NCBI GenBank assembly: GCA_032718475.1
Contig: JAUCBJ010003887.1
Span: 1 to 64,000, forward strand
Direction of reading: 5' to 3'
Length of the DNA stretch: 64,000 nt
DNA from: Nemertoderma westbladi
Lineage: Eukaryota > Animalia > Xenacoelomorpha
Shown here: piece by piece, positions 45,625 through 57,564 of the stretch
How positions within the stretch are numbered: position 1 is the stretch's first letter
Layout of the letters: every line of letters starts with the position of its first letter
Program-made: the position numbers and the translations under genes
The notes under the pieces: generated by a model
What the model saw: the letters and a program-made list of their open reading frames with translations, nothing else
Told to the model about the DNA's origin: nothing
Database searches by the model: none

Positions 45625-46842
45625 TGTTACGATATATGGCGCTGTGTACTACTATCAGCCTATTATACAGTATAGAGTATTTAGATAAGTCATAATTATG
45701 TACGGACGCAATTAGATAGGGACAATAAAATGTCCAAGTTTATATATCTCATCCATTTTGTATAGATGTAGTTTTGCGTACATAATTTTGTAAAAAAACC
45801 TTAATAAATAACATTTACGGTAGCAAGTTCCTATAAAACCTTAATACGAGCTAGCTGTTTATTAATGATGCGACGAAGGGAAGTGCAGAAGATCCAAAGC
45901 AGGGTGACGCTGGCGGGGGGCCACCGTTGCGGTCAAGGCTAGTCAGTTGAGGACCGGGGACCAGCCGCTTTTACAGTATTAGGGGGCTGACGATCCAGAT
46001 TTTTGTCTCTACTTTGTAGTATTAGGGGGCAGAATTTGGGTTTGGTTAGGAGTCCTATGTGTGGCTTTGGGTGGCCTGTGGTTCCTACACTGACTGACTG
46101 AATGACTAATACTGGTATACTGACGTACTAACGTATGGGTATTTAGTGCACTAGCTGACTGGTGTAGTTAGCGCTATCTGCCGTACTACTAGCTTATTGC
46201 TACGCTATTTATGTTGTGTTGCGAAAGAGTGCCTGATAATACAGTATTTAGGCTGTTGCTAGTATAACCCAGTACATAATAAATTAGAAGTACGTATTCT
46301 GGAATATCTAGTAATTAGTACGCAAATTCGTATTTATGACTGTAATTAATTTACCTATAAAATAAAATTAAGAATTTGTACGCAGCATAGCGAAGAGTAG
46401 TTTAAGTGATTGTTTAGAATACCGTAGACTATTCACGCTAGGTGGTTATTTGAAAATAGCGGGGCAACAGGCTGACAGCAGTGTCCAGTATACAGTACAG
46501 CAGTAGTAAGTTCGCTGGTCTAAAACCAGCCGAAGGCCAAGTTTTGACACCTAGGAAATTAAACAGATCTATCCCCCTTAACATTAAAATATTCTCACAA
46601 TCGATGTGTTCTACCCAGTGAATTCCAGTATTTTGCGATAAATGAACTCCGAGTGTTAGGCCACCCGCACTCGTTTTAAGAAGCTTAGGGAACCGATTCG
46701 GGTTTATTGTTTTGGTTATTCCCGCGTGGCTCATAGATTCGAACAGTTAGCTCTCTGTTGAGCGATCAACAGAGAAAGGAGTAAGCGATTTGTAGGAGCC
46801 ATATAGAAAATAATAGTAAAACATATTAGCGGACGCTCAACA
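45625..46842 (+). repeat. Probable 3' LTR of element A (right end uncertain)
   Basis: Starts TGTTAC directly after TGGAGCGG, the same PPT as in B; partner LTR is not in the window. Confidence 0.55.
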
Positions 46843-46899
46843 GTAAGGACCATTTGGTGTTTTGCTGTATTGTCCAAAGGTAAGAACTATCTCCTGATC

Positions 46900-49800
46900 G
46901 CGCTTGTTTGATACAGAGGTTGGGTGCAGATCTTTTAATCTTTGCATAAATGCATGATCTATCACATCGACTACTGAGGTATCTGGAGAAACATAATTTG
47001 GCGACCTTGATAATACTTCCAAGGGATTAAATGGATGTATTCCACACTTTCTGAACCCGGATATCATTGTCACATTAGAAGAAATATTTTCCCCAAGAAT
47101 TGGCTCAACATCACTCTCCAGTGTAGATCTACCCTCACTATCAATCGACGCCATCACACCTTTCAACAAACCTGGAAACTTATCTTTTGGAAGAGAAAGT
47201 TGTTTCTTTCCCTCTTTAGCCTTAAATGATGATAAAACTAATCGCCATTTTCGTTTGAGGGTTGCGAAGAATGCAACATCAAGCGGCTGCATAAGATGGG
47301 TTGAATTTGGCAGCAGGCAAACAAACCGAATGTTATAATTCTCACACTTCTCAATCACCTGCGGAGAAAATGACTACTGAGATTGTCACCAATCATCAAC
47401 TTGGGTTTCTCCTTTGGAAACCTTTTGAAATATGGCATTGCTATCTTATTGAACCAATCTGTAATGAAGCTGCATCGAACCAGCCAGATGAGGTACGATT
47501 ATACCAAGCACTCGTTGATCCTCCTTTCTTCCACTGATCCCACATGCACTCAGCTTTGCCTTGCTTTGCTTTGGCTCTTGCCTCTGAGGCGGCAGATCAC
47601 TGTGAGGGCTATACTGCCTCCACAGAGGCAGTTAAGTTAGCAGCTGCAGAAACAGTTCCTGTATACCCTCAAAACAGGAAACAGGCCCCCTGGACTGACA
47701 ACAAAATTCAGAAGTGCCGAAATGACCTCTACAAGGCGCTGAAAGAGTCCCGACTCAAACAAACTACAGTGGCCAAGAAAGCAGTTAATGCTGCATCTAG
47801 GTCCCTGAACAGGCAGTACTCTGTTAATTTACAGGAGCTAATAAACCAACATGTTGATACCATCAATGATGCTGAAGACAGCAGGCAATCATCCCAGGCA
47901 TGGAGATCGATCAACTTGCTTGCTGGTTGAAAAAGCCAACCAGCCACCAAGGTTAAGGCTGAATCACCAGCCGATCGCCTCAATGGTTGGAAGGCCCACT
48001 TTGAAAAGCTCCTCAATAATGACAGGGTATTGCCTGATAACTTTATAGAAGTAAAAGTGTCTGAGTCTGTACTCCCAGATATTCCCATTGGTGATATCTC
48101 CTTTGCTGAAGTGAAGGCTGCTGCAAAGAGCATTAAGACCAATCGTGCCAGTGGAGTAGATGGTGTTCCCTCTGAGGTATTTAAAATACCTGAGTGTTTA
48201 AAGCTCGTCTATCCCATCATAGTAGATATGTATCGAACAACAAGAGTCCCACAAGAAATGAAAATCAATAAGTTGGTGCCAGTTCCCAAGAAGGGCAACC
48301 TAACACTCTATGGTTCTTTTCTGGGAATCTCATTGATCTCGATTGCTGCAAAGCTATACAATAGAATTATATTAAATCGCATCAGGGATCCCATTGAGAG
48401 ACTGCTCCGTGGAAATCAGAATGGGTTCCGTAAAGGTCGTGGGACCATGGAGCCTATTTTGGCACTTAGAAGGATAATTGAAGAGTTATCAAAAAAGAAA
48501 GACAGGCATCTGGCTGTTATCTTTGTTGACTTCTTCAAGGCCTTTGATTCAGTCTCTCGCTCACGTATGTTCAGCATACTTTCATCATATGGGATTCCTG
48601 ATGAAATTATTGCAGCAATCAGATCAGTATACGATGGTTCGACAACATTTGTGTCTACTGTTGATGGTGACACAGAACCATTTGAAGTGTTATGGGGCGT
48701 CCTCCAGGGAGACACACTTGCACCATTCTTGTTCATAATTGTTGTTGACTATGTTCTACGCATGTCCTTAGATCATCATAATGATGATGGGGTGATGATA
48801 ACTCCACCTACTGGCTCCAGAAGTTGAGGAAATCCTGCCAAGTACCTAACTGATCTAGACTTTGCTGATGACTTAGGAGTACTCTCAGAATCACTAGAGG
48901 GAGCCCAACGGCTCCTCAGCGCATTAGAACATGCTGCTTCTAGTGTTTGTCTTTTTATTAACTCAAGAAAGACCAAAATTTTGACAGTTAACTTTGAAAG
49001 TCCTCAGCAAATCTCTGATCGGATGAGCATAAGCTCAAAAGATGGTATGCTTGAGCATGTGGATGACTTCTGTTACCTGGGATCATGGATCCGGAAGTCA
49101 GGTGAGGACCTTCGAATACGTAAGGGAAAGCACTTGAAGGCAGCCTTGAATAAGCTTTTCAGGATTTGGAAGTCACCTAGAATTAATCGGAAACTTAAGG
49201 TCCGATTATTTAGAGCAGCATAAGTTCCAGTACTCCTCTATGGGAGTCCATGCTGGGCTCTAACTGCTGAGGACACCAAATCTCTGGATGGCACATTCAC
49301 AAGAATGCTACGCCGGGTTCATTGTGTCAAGTACAATGCACACATCTCCAACCAGACTCTATATAACATTGGAGGTGTCTCATTGGTTCCCCCAAGCTTG
49401 ACACTAGAACAAAATCGCCTCCACTTTGCAGGACATTGCTTTCGCTGTGAAGACCAGCCAGTGCATAATCTTGTACTTTGGCAGCCTCATGGAGTGAATA
49501 AGCATGGTGGACAGCCCATGACTTTCTTTAGACGCATCATAAAGGACACTGGCCTTGAAGATGCGGATGATCTAGCAAATGTCATGAGTGATAGGGAGTT
49601 GGGGCGGTGCAATTTTGTCGATAAGCCGGCACAGCATTCTTAAAAATGCAGCTGCTATGCAGCATGCCGATCCTATCCACTGATCCCACATGCACTCAGC
49701 TTTGTACACAACATATGGCGGCAGAACCACGCCAGTAGTAGCAGTTCCAGCCATCATTAGTGATATAGCTGTCTTAGATGAATTCCTAATATCCTCAGGA

Positions 49801-51187
49801 TACTTTGTTCCTCGTTTCACAATAACCTTCTTCCGACCCGGGTCATCTGTGAGATTTGTTTCATCGTAGTTAAGCATCAGTTATTCAGTTCAGGATCGAC
49901 ACCTTCCAATGATGTTTTCAGATTATCAAAGTATCTGGCTACTTCATCCGCTGTTAGACCTGAACGTGAGCGATTTATATTCTGGCCTAGTCGTTTCGAT
50001 AACTCCTTATGTCTCTTCAAGAATAGGTCTACACCAGGTAGATTCTTCACGAATTCCACTCCACCATTAAGAGATGTACCAGTAGTTGGTTTTTGAAATT
50101 CACGAAAATTTCTTCCTGCACAATTCAGATAATTTTTCACCAGGAACCGTATGTCTAGCATTGTGCATGATATTATTAACTAAGACATCTTCATCTACAG
50201 CTGTTAAAGCAGTCTGTCCCCCGTATGAGCCCTGTTGTTTATTATTCATTTTTCGCTGAAGGACTGACTTCGAAATGCCAAATTAATTTTCCAGTTTCTT
50301 GTATGACGCTCCTGTAGCCTGCCTCGCCCTTACTGCGGCCTCAACTGAAGATGCATTATAATTTCTATTAACCCTGGTACCCGCGACATGCTTCCATTGT
50401 CTAACCATTTCCTCAGTATGTATAAATAAACAACATAAATACGATGGGTACCAGTACAAAATATTTGTTGTCTTGCCGGTAGGCTCTAAGCCTTGGTAGG
50501 CTTCTAACCATTTCCTCAAACTAAACTACAAAAATCCTATAGCTACCTGTAGGCCTATATTGATTATACACCTTTGAACTGCCGGTATAAACAAAGGCCT
50601 ACATAATATTTGTTGTCTTGCCGTTAGGCTTACTGTATCGACTGATGGTAGAAAATAAACTTTCATTTTTAAGAATATACCGGTAAGTTTTTAATGGGCC
50701 TACATACCACGACATAAAATGATAATACCAAATACAGCAATAAATCGTTACCAGAAGTAAAATAATCAATATCCCACTCCACCCCAAAAATTATCCCACT
50801 TCACCCCAGGTCAAGTTTCACAGTTTTTTACAGCTTTAATATGATTTAAACTGGGATATATTAAGTTAACATCAAAACAGATTGATATATAATTTAGTGA
50901 ACATATAACTTTTCAGTAAATATAAATTACTTTAGTAGGGCACATGTCATTTTTGATGCCAAAATTTTTTAACATTTTAGGTTGTCTCAAACTTTCAACT
51001 TTAAAATATGCAAATATAATTTATTATCTCTGTTATGCATCAAAATAATTATGAAGATACATATCTTCATACAAACTAGTCGCAATTTTCACAATAAGTA
51101 ATTGCATTTACATTTTATTGACATTTTAAACAAAATATTTTTGCATCCCACTTCACCCCTCTGATCCCACTTCACCCCGGTTAACGG
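46900..51187 (-). mobile_element. pogo/Tigger-like DNA transposon, decayed, 3' end missing, interrupted by a LINE
   Basis: Terminus TA|CCGTTAACCGGGGTGAAGTGGGA at 51187; subterminal TCCCACTTCACCCC repeats; transposase from ~50408 with HTH region, NYDETNL, LPPYVVYK and LPNSTHLMQPLDV motifs. Confidence 0.85.
47559..49675 (+). mobile_element. 5'-truncated non-LTR retrotransposon (RTE-group-like RT), decayed
   Basis: PKKG, QNGFRKGR, FVDFFKAFDSV, GVLQGDTLAPFLF, DLDFADD; 29-bp direct repeat at 47530-47558 and 49676-49704. Confidence 0.9.
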
Positions 51188-51233
51188 TATTGAATTTAGA
51201 CTTGAATGATATAGACTTTATTAGGTTTTTACT

Positions 51234-52616
51234 TTGTTAGGCTTTATAAGGTTTTTAAAACAGCATAAGTCCACAGGTGATGACGGTATTTTTGCCGAAC
51301 ACATTGTTCATGGTCCTCAGTCTTTAGTTATATTTTTATCACTACTTTTCACTTCATTTAACGTGCATGGTTTTTTACCTAAATGGATGATTTCCACAAT
51401 TGTGGCTCCAATCGTGAAAGATAAGACAGGTGACAAATCTGATAATAATAACTACAGGCCTGTATCCTTAGCTAGTATTATCAGTAAATTGTATGAAATT
51501 ATAATACTATCTAGGATTGAACACTATTTATTTACAACTGATTACCAATTTGGTTTTAAGAAAAAACTGGGTACCGAAACGTGTACATACTCCCTTAAGG
51601 AGGTTATTAATTACTATTTGCTTAATGGGTCTAATGTTTACGTAGCGTTTTTGGACGCCACTAAGGCATTCGACACCGTTGATTTGACTATTCTTTTTAC
51701 CCGCCTTTTTGAACGCGGCATTACGTTGTTTATACTTAGAATTCTTTTGTTCTGGTATCAAAATCAGGTGATGTTCGTTAGATGGGATGGTGCACTTTCG
51801 AAACAGTTTAATCGAACAAACGGCGTAATGCAAGGCAGTATTTTGTCACCAAAATTATTTACTGTTTTCATTGATGGGTTGAGTAGAGAGTTAGCTAAAT
51901 CGGAGTTAGGCTGCCATATTGATATTTGTTTGAATCATTTGCTTTATGCTGACGATCTTAGCTTGATGAGTACATCGCCAGTGGCACTTCAGCAGTTATT
52001 AGATATTTGTGTAAATTTTGCAAACCGTAATAACATTAAGTTCAATCCTAAGAAGTCTAAATGTATAATTATGTATAGTGGTTATAGGAAACATTTTAGA
52101 ACATGTACGAATTTCACATTAGGCGGTAAAAAACTTGAAATAGTGAACAAGTTTAAATATTTGGGGCATTATATCACATCAGATTTTTCTGATGACGTAG
52201 ATATTAAAGCCCAAACCAGGTCACTGTATTCACGTGCTAATATTATAATTCGTAAATTTAATAAGTGCAGTAAATCGGTTAAACTTAAACTGTTCAATAG
52301 CTACTGTTGTAATATTTATTGCAATGCATTATGGGCCGATGTTTACTACAGTCAACAAATATTTAATAGCCTCAAGGTGGCCTTAACTATATCTGTTAGG
52401 AAACTGTTTGGATATAGCAGCTATTGTAGTGCTAGTGAAATGCTAGTCACTCTAGGAATACGATCGGTTGTCCATATACACCGTTTTGCTTTACACAGTT
52501 TATTCTCACGAGTATCCACATCAACTAACGTCGTTATTCGTGCTGTCCGAGATAACTGTTTGTCTCAATCTGAGATGTTTAAGTCGTATCGCCGTTTACG
52601 GGTAGAGCCGAATTAA
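51234..52616 (+). mobile_element. 5'-truncated LINE with uninterrupted RT domain (clade uncertain)
   Basis: NYRPVSL, QFGFKK, FLDATKAFD, GVMQGSILSP, LLYADD, FKYLG; AT-rich tail to ~52770; interrupts the repeat unit that resumes at ~52771. Confidence 0.9.
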
Positions 52617-52770
52617 TTTAATTATATTTTTTATTAGTTATAATATATTTTTATCACGCTATAGTAATAAATTCCGACATATTTTTATATTAATATAATT
52701 ATTTATTGTGCACGTATATTTTAATATGTTCAACTGTGAATGAAATAAAATTGATATTATTATTATTAAT

Positions 52771-55700
52771 ATACAGTTACCAAGGTAACTATATATTTCT
52801 GGAATGATTTGAGTTTCACTAAAAGTTCCAACTAGTGTTCCAGATAACACATTCCCAGTTTCGTTAAATTTTAACGCGAAGACTATGTGCAAATGAGTAA
52901 TTTTTGTATGAAAACATCATAGTTGAGTTGAGAAACCCCAAGTTTATATCTATTATAGTTTTCCTACAAATAGAGTTTTAAATATGACTTGAAATACATA
53001 GACTTTTTTCTAAGTCCGTTGCCATGGAAACCAGATTTTTCCTGGATATGTGACCCAGTCCAAAAGATGCGCCTCGACGAGTAGTATATACATGCAAAAT
53101 TTCAGGGTACTTTTAAAGGCTAGTTTTTTGCCCGGCCAAAAAACACTAAATCTGCTCCATACAAGTAAAATAGCCCACTATGAATAGACCATCTCAGCTA
53201 AGGAAAATCTTTCTTAGCGAAAGTAGTTGATTTTCCTTAGCTTTGTGGACCTGGATATGATAAAGTTGTGCCTTGGCGAGTAGTATATACATGCAAAATT
53301 TCAGGGTACTTTTAATTACAATTATTATACTGTAAATACGAGAAAGGCATTTCCTAAAGGAAATGCAACCACGAAGCTAAGGAAAATTAAACAAACGGCC
53401 ACACTTTGGTTCGTTGCTTATAGCCTAGTTTAGTAGCAATTGCCAATAATTTACGTCTATTCCCATGGAAACTAGAGTTCTCTGGAACTGTGGGTTTTAC
53501 CTTTGAAAAAAGATTCAGTCCAGATTGTGGTTCAGATTATAACACATATACCGAGTTTCAGAAAATATTGTAGTTTATGTCCAAATTACCGATTTTCTAT
53601 CAAAATGCATCTGTTTGCAGTGGTTGTCATGGAAACTGAAAAATATAATAATGTAATTCGGATGCAGAATAAGTCATATAGTGGGGGTAGGTCTTGGTCC
53701 CAAGTCATAATACTATTAACTTGTGCTTCAAATTATCATTTTATAAATAGTAACATCTGTTTAGTCTTGTTGCTATGGTAACTGTACTTTCTAATTAACC
53801 TCAAACGGCTTGGATGGATATGGAAATTATAGATGAGTTACAAAACCCCAAGTTTATATATATTACAGTTTTGCTAGAAATAGAGTTATCAATATAGACT
53901 TGAATGATATAGAGTTTAATAAACTACAGTTACCATGGTAACTAAATTTCTGGAATGATTTAAGTTTCACTAAAAGTTCCAACTAGTGGTGCAGATAACA
54001 CATACCCAGTTTTGTAAAATTTTATCGCGAAGTCTATGTCCAAATGAATAATTTTTGTATAAAAACATATGTTTTCGGCTGTTGTCATGGTAACTGAAAA
54101 ATAGAACAATGTAATTCGGATGCAGAATAAGTTATATAGTGGGGGTAGGGGTTGGTCCCAAGTCATAACACCTTGCCCTTAGGCTTCAAATTAACATTTT
54201 ATAAATTTTAACATCTGTTTATCCCGGTTGCCAAGGTAACTGGATTTTCTATTTAGCCTCAATCGGTTCTGCTATGGACCTTATAGTTGTGTTGCGAAAC
54301 CCCAAGTTTATATCTATTATAGTTTTCCTACAAATAGAGTTATAAATATTGACTTGAAATACATAGACTTTTTTTGAAGTCCGTTGCCATGGAAACCAGA
54401 TTTTTCCTGGATATGAGACCCGGCCCAAAAGATGCGCCTCGTCGAGTAGTATATACATGCAAAATTTCAGGGTACTTTTAAAGGCTAGTTTTTTCGCCTA
54501 TCAAAAAACCCCAAATCTGCCTCACACAAGTAAAATAGCCCACTATGAATAGACCATCTCAGCTAAGGAAAATCTTTCTTAGCGAAAGTAGTTGATTTTC
54601 CTTAGCTTCGTGGACCAAAACCTACTAGAAAGGCATTTCCTAAAGGAAATGCAACCACGAAGCTAAGGAAAATTAAACAAACGGCTACAATTTGGTTCGT
54701 TGCTTAGCCTAGTTTAGTAGCATTTGCCAATAATTCTCTTCTATTCCCATGGAAAATAAAGTTTTCTGGAACTGTTGATTTAATGTTTGAAAAAAGATTT
54801 AGTCCAGATTGTGGTTCAGATAACACATATCCCGAGTTTCAGAAAATATTGTAGTTTATGTCCAAATTACCGATTTTCTATCAAAATGCATCTGTTTTCA
54901 GCGGTTGTCATGGTAACTGAAAAATAGAACAATGTAATTTAGATGCAGAATAAGTCATATAATGGGGGTAGGTCTTGGTCCCAAGTCATAATACTATTAA
55001 CTTGTGCTTCAAATTATCATTTTATAAATTTTACCATCTGTTTAGTCTTGTTGCTATGGTAACTGGATTGTGTAATTAACCTCGAACGGCTTGTATATGG
55101 ACCTTATAAATGTGTTGCAAAACACCAAATTTATATATATTACATTATTTTGCTACAAATAGAGTATTGAATTTAGACTTGAATGATATAGACTTTAATA
55201 AACTACAGTTACCATGGTAACTAGGTATTTCTGGAATGTTTTTTTGTTTCACTAAAAGTTCCAAATAGTGGTCCAGATAACACATTCCCAGTTTCGTAAA
55301 ATCTAATCGCGAAGTCTATGTTCAAATGAGTAATTTTTGTATAAAAACATCTGTTTTCAGCGGTTGTCATGGTAACTTCAAAATATAACAATCGAATTCG
55401 GACGCAGTATAAGTTATATAGTGGGGGTAGGGGTTGGTCCCAAGTCATAACACCTTAACCTTAGGCTTCAAATTAACATTTTATAAATTTTAACATCTGT
55501 TTAGCCCGGTTGCCAAGGTAACTAGATTTTCTATTTAACCTCAATTGGCTCTGCTATGGACCTTATAGTTGAGTTGAGAAACCCCAAGTTTATATCTATT
55601 ATAGTTTTCCTACAAATAGAGTTATAAATATTGACTTGAAATACATAGACTTTCTTCTAAGTCCGTTGCCATGGAAACCAGATTTTTCCTGGATATGAGA

Positions 55701-55895
55701 CCCATCCCACACGATGCGCCTCGACGAGTAGTACATACATGCAAAATTTCAGGGTACTTTTAAAGGCTAGTTTTTTCGCCTATCAAAAAAAACCAAATCT
55801 GCCTCACACAAGTAAAATAGCCCACTATGAATAGACCATCTCAGCTAAGGAAAATCTTTCTTAGCGAAAGTAGTTGATTTTCCTTAGCTTCGTGG
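52771..55895. repeat. Complex tandem repeat (~1.3-kb period), probably a non-autonomous DNA element, rich in GTTRCCATGGNAAC-like palindromes
   Basis: gcaaaatttcagggtacttttaaaggctag at ~53094, ~54459 and ~55741; aaaggcatttcctaaaggaaatgc at ~53343 and ~54629. Confidence 0.8.
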
Positions 55896-56504
55896 ATATT
55901 GTTAACTTCCAAAATTACCATTTTTCGGCCCCAATTTCAGGCCCTTAACCCTAATAGTACTGGGCTATAAAATGTTGTACAAATACCGGGGGGGGGGGTT
56001 ATATTGACCCCCCCCCCCCCCCCCGTTTATTTGTACGTAGGTATCACTAGTCTGGTTCCGACCGAAAAAAAATTTAAAAAAATTTAAAAAAAATAATGTT
56101 TTCGAAAAAATGTACTGGTGTGGTTTTATTGCAGCACCAAAATTAGGCTCATTCCATGAAAAGGTCAACCTCCCCACTAATTTCTAAAAATGAGATGTAG
56201 CTTTGAATTTATACTTATTTTAGGTCAAAATTTATCGTACTTCATGAATTCAGTGCTAAAAATTGTATCAACACAGGTGGTTTATCAAAAATAGTCGAAT
56301 TACAAATTATGCACCTGCTCTGCACAAAATGTGAATAAAAGTGTGCAAAAGTTTCGTTTCCTGTAGGCACTTCCTATGACCAATAAATTAACATTTCTGA
56401 GCATGTACCAAATCAAAAACAAACCCATTTTCGAATTTTTTTGGTTTTATTTAATTTCACCAGTGTTTCGTTCCTCTGTAATGAAATCGATAAAGTTAAT
56501 CTTG

Positions 56505-57225
56505 TGATGTCCCATACTTTACCTAAAATAGTGAAATTTTTAGTTTATTCACAGAGATGTAACTCAGCCTAATCACCCAGTGGAATGCAAAGCACGTTTG
56601 TGTTGCGTCATCGTATAAAACAATTAGTTTCATCTTCACTCCCTCAGAAATATCATGGCGGCCAATTGAAAATTGTCCCATACTTTACCATCAAAATGGC
56701 GATTATATTAGTGCACTGTATTAATGTAAAATGTGAAGCCATGAGTGTTATAATACTCTAAGGTCATAGTCGGCCGTAAGAATAGGAGTCTATATTTGAA
56801 CTGAGAATCATTCCTCAGTCAAGAAATCCTTGGGTTTATGCATGTAAAGTCCCATACTTTACCAAAAAATAGTGAAATTTTTAATTTATACACAGAGAAG
56901 TAGTCTAACTCAGCCAAATCACCCAGTGGAATGCAAAGCACGTTTGTGTTGCGTCATCTTAAGAAACAATTACCTGTAGTTTCATAATCTACTCCCTCAG
57001 AAACATCATAACGGCCAATTGAAAATTGTCCCATACTTGACCATTATAATGGCGATTACATTAGTGCACTGTATTAATGTAATATATGAAACCTGGAGGG
57101 CAGGAGTGTTATTAATGCTTTAGGGTGATAGTAGGGGGAAGCATAGAAGTATGTATTTGAACCAAGAATCATTCCTCAGTTAACTAGTCGTTGCGTTTAT
57201 GCATGTAAAGTCCCGTACTTTACAA
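56505..57225. repeat. ~340-bp tandem duplication with GTCCCATACTTTACC subrepeats
   Basis: Subrepeat at ~56509, 56675, 56849, 57028, 57210; lies in DNA-transposon-like sequence starting TTAA|CCCTAA at ~55945. Confidence 0.75.
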
Positions 57226-57564
57226 CAAATTTCAAAAAATTTAGTTTTTTAGCAGATAAGAAGATCGGTAAGTACAGTAATTGATACATTTTCAGAAAAA
57301 TGGAAAGAAATTCTAAACTTTTTACAGACTACATGCCAAGTTTGGTTATATTTCATCAATGATTGGCGGACTTATTTCGGTTTTTATCAAAATTTTGAAA
57401 CTATCGGTACCAACAGACAGACTGTCTGATATGTGACCTTTGATTCCTTAAACTTCAGATTCTTTCCAAACTTTTGACAGACTTCATAGGACACTAGGTT
57501 ACTGCTATTTTCGTATCTCCAACATATTGCTGAAAATGCCACTTCCCATTTTATGAGGGTAATT

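Larger units (their letters stand above)
3415..46842 (+). mobile_element. BEL/Pao LTR retrotransposon A (decayed host element of the nest; right end approximate)
   Basis: Collinear pieces: gag 3415-5588, PR/RT 19063-20997, RH/IN 40324-42883, accessory ORF ~43700-45050, PPT and LTR from 45625. Reading frames rejoin across both insertions (LQRN|PQR; IWLS|DLEWDEPI). Confidence 0.85.

Noticed and set aside
50478-50496. GGTAGGCTCTAAGCCTT in the pogo element resembling B's hairpin motif
   Set aside because: Different loop length and ends; TAGGC-like words are frequent in this window, so probably chance
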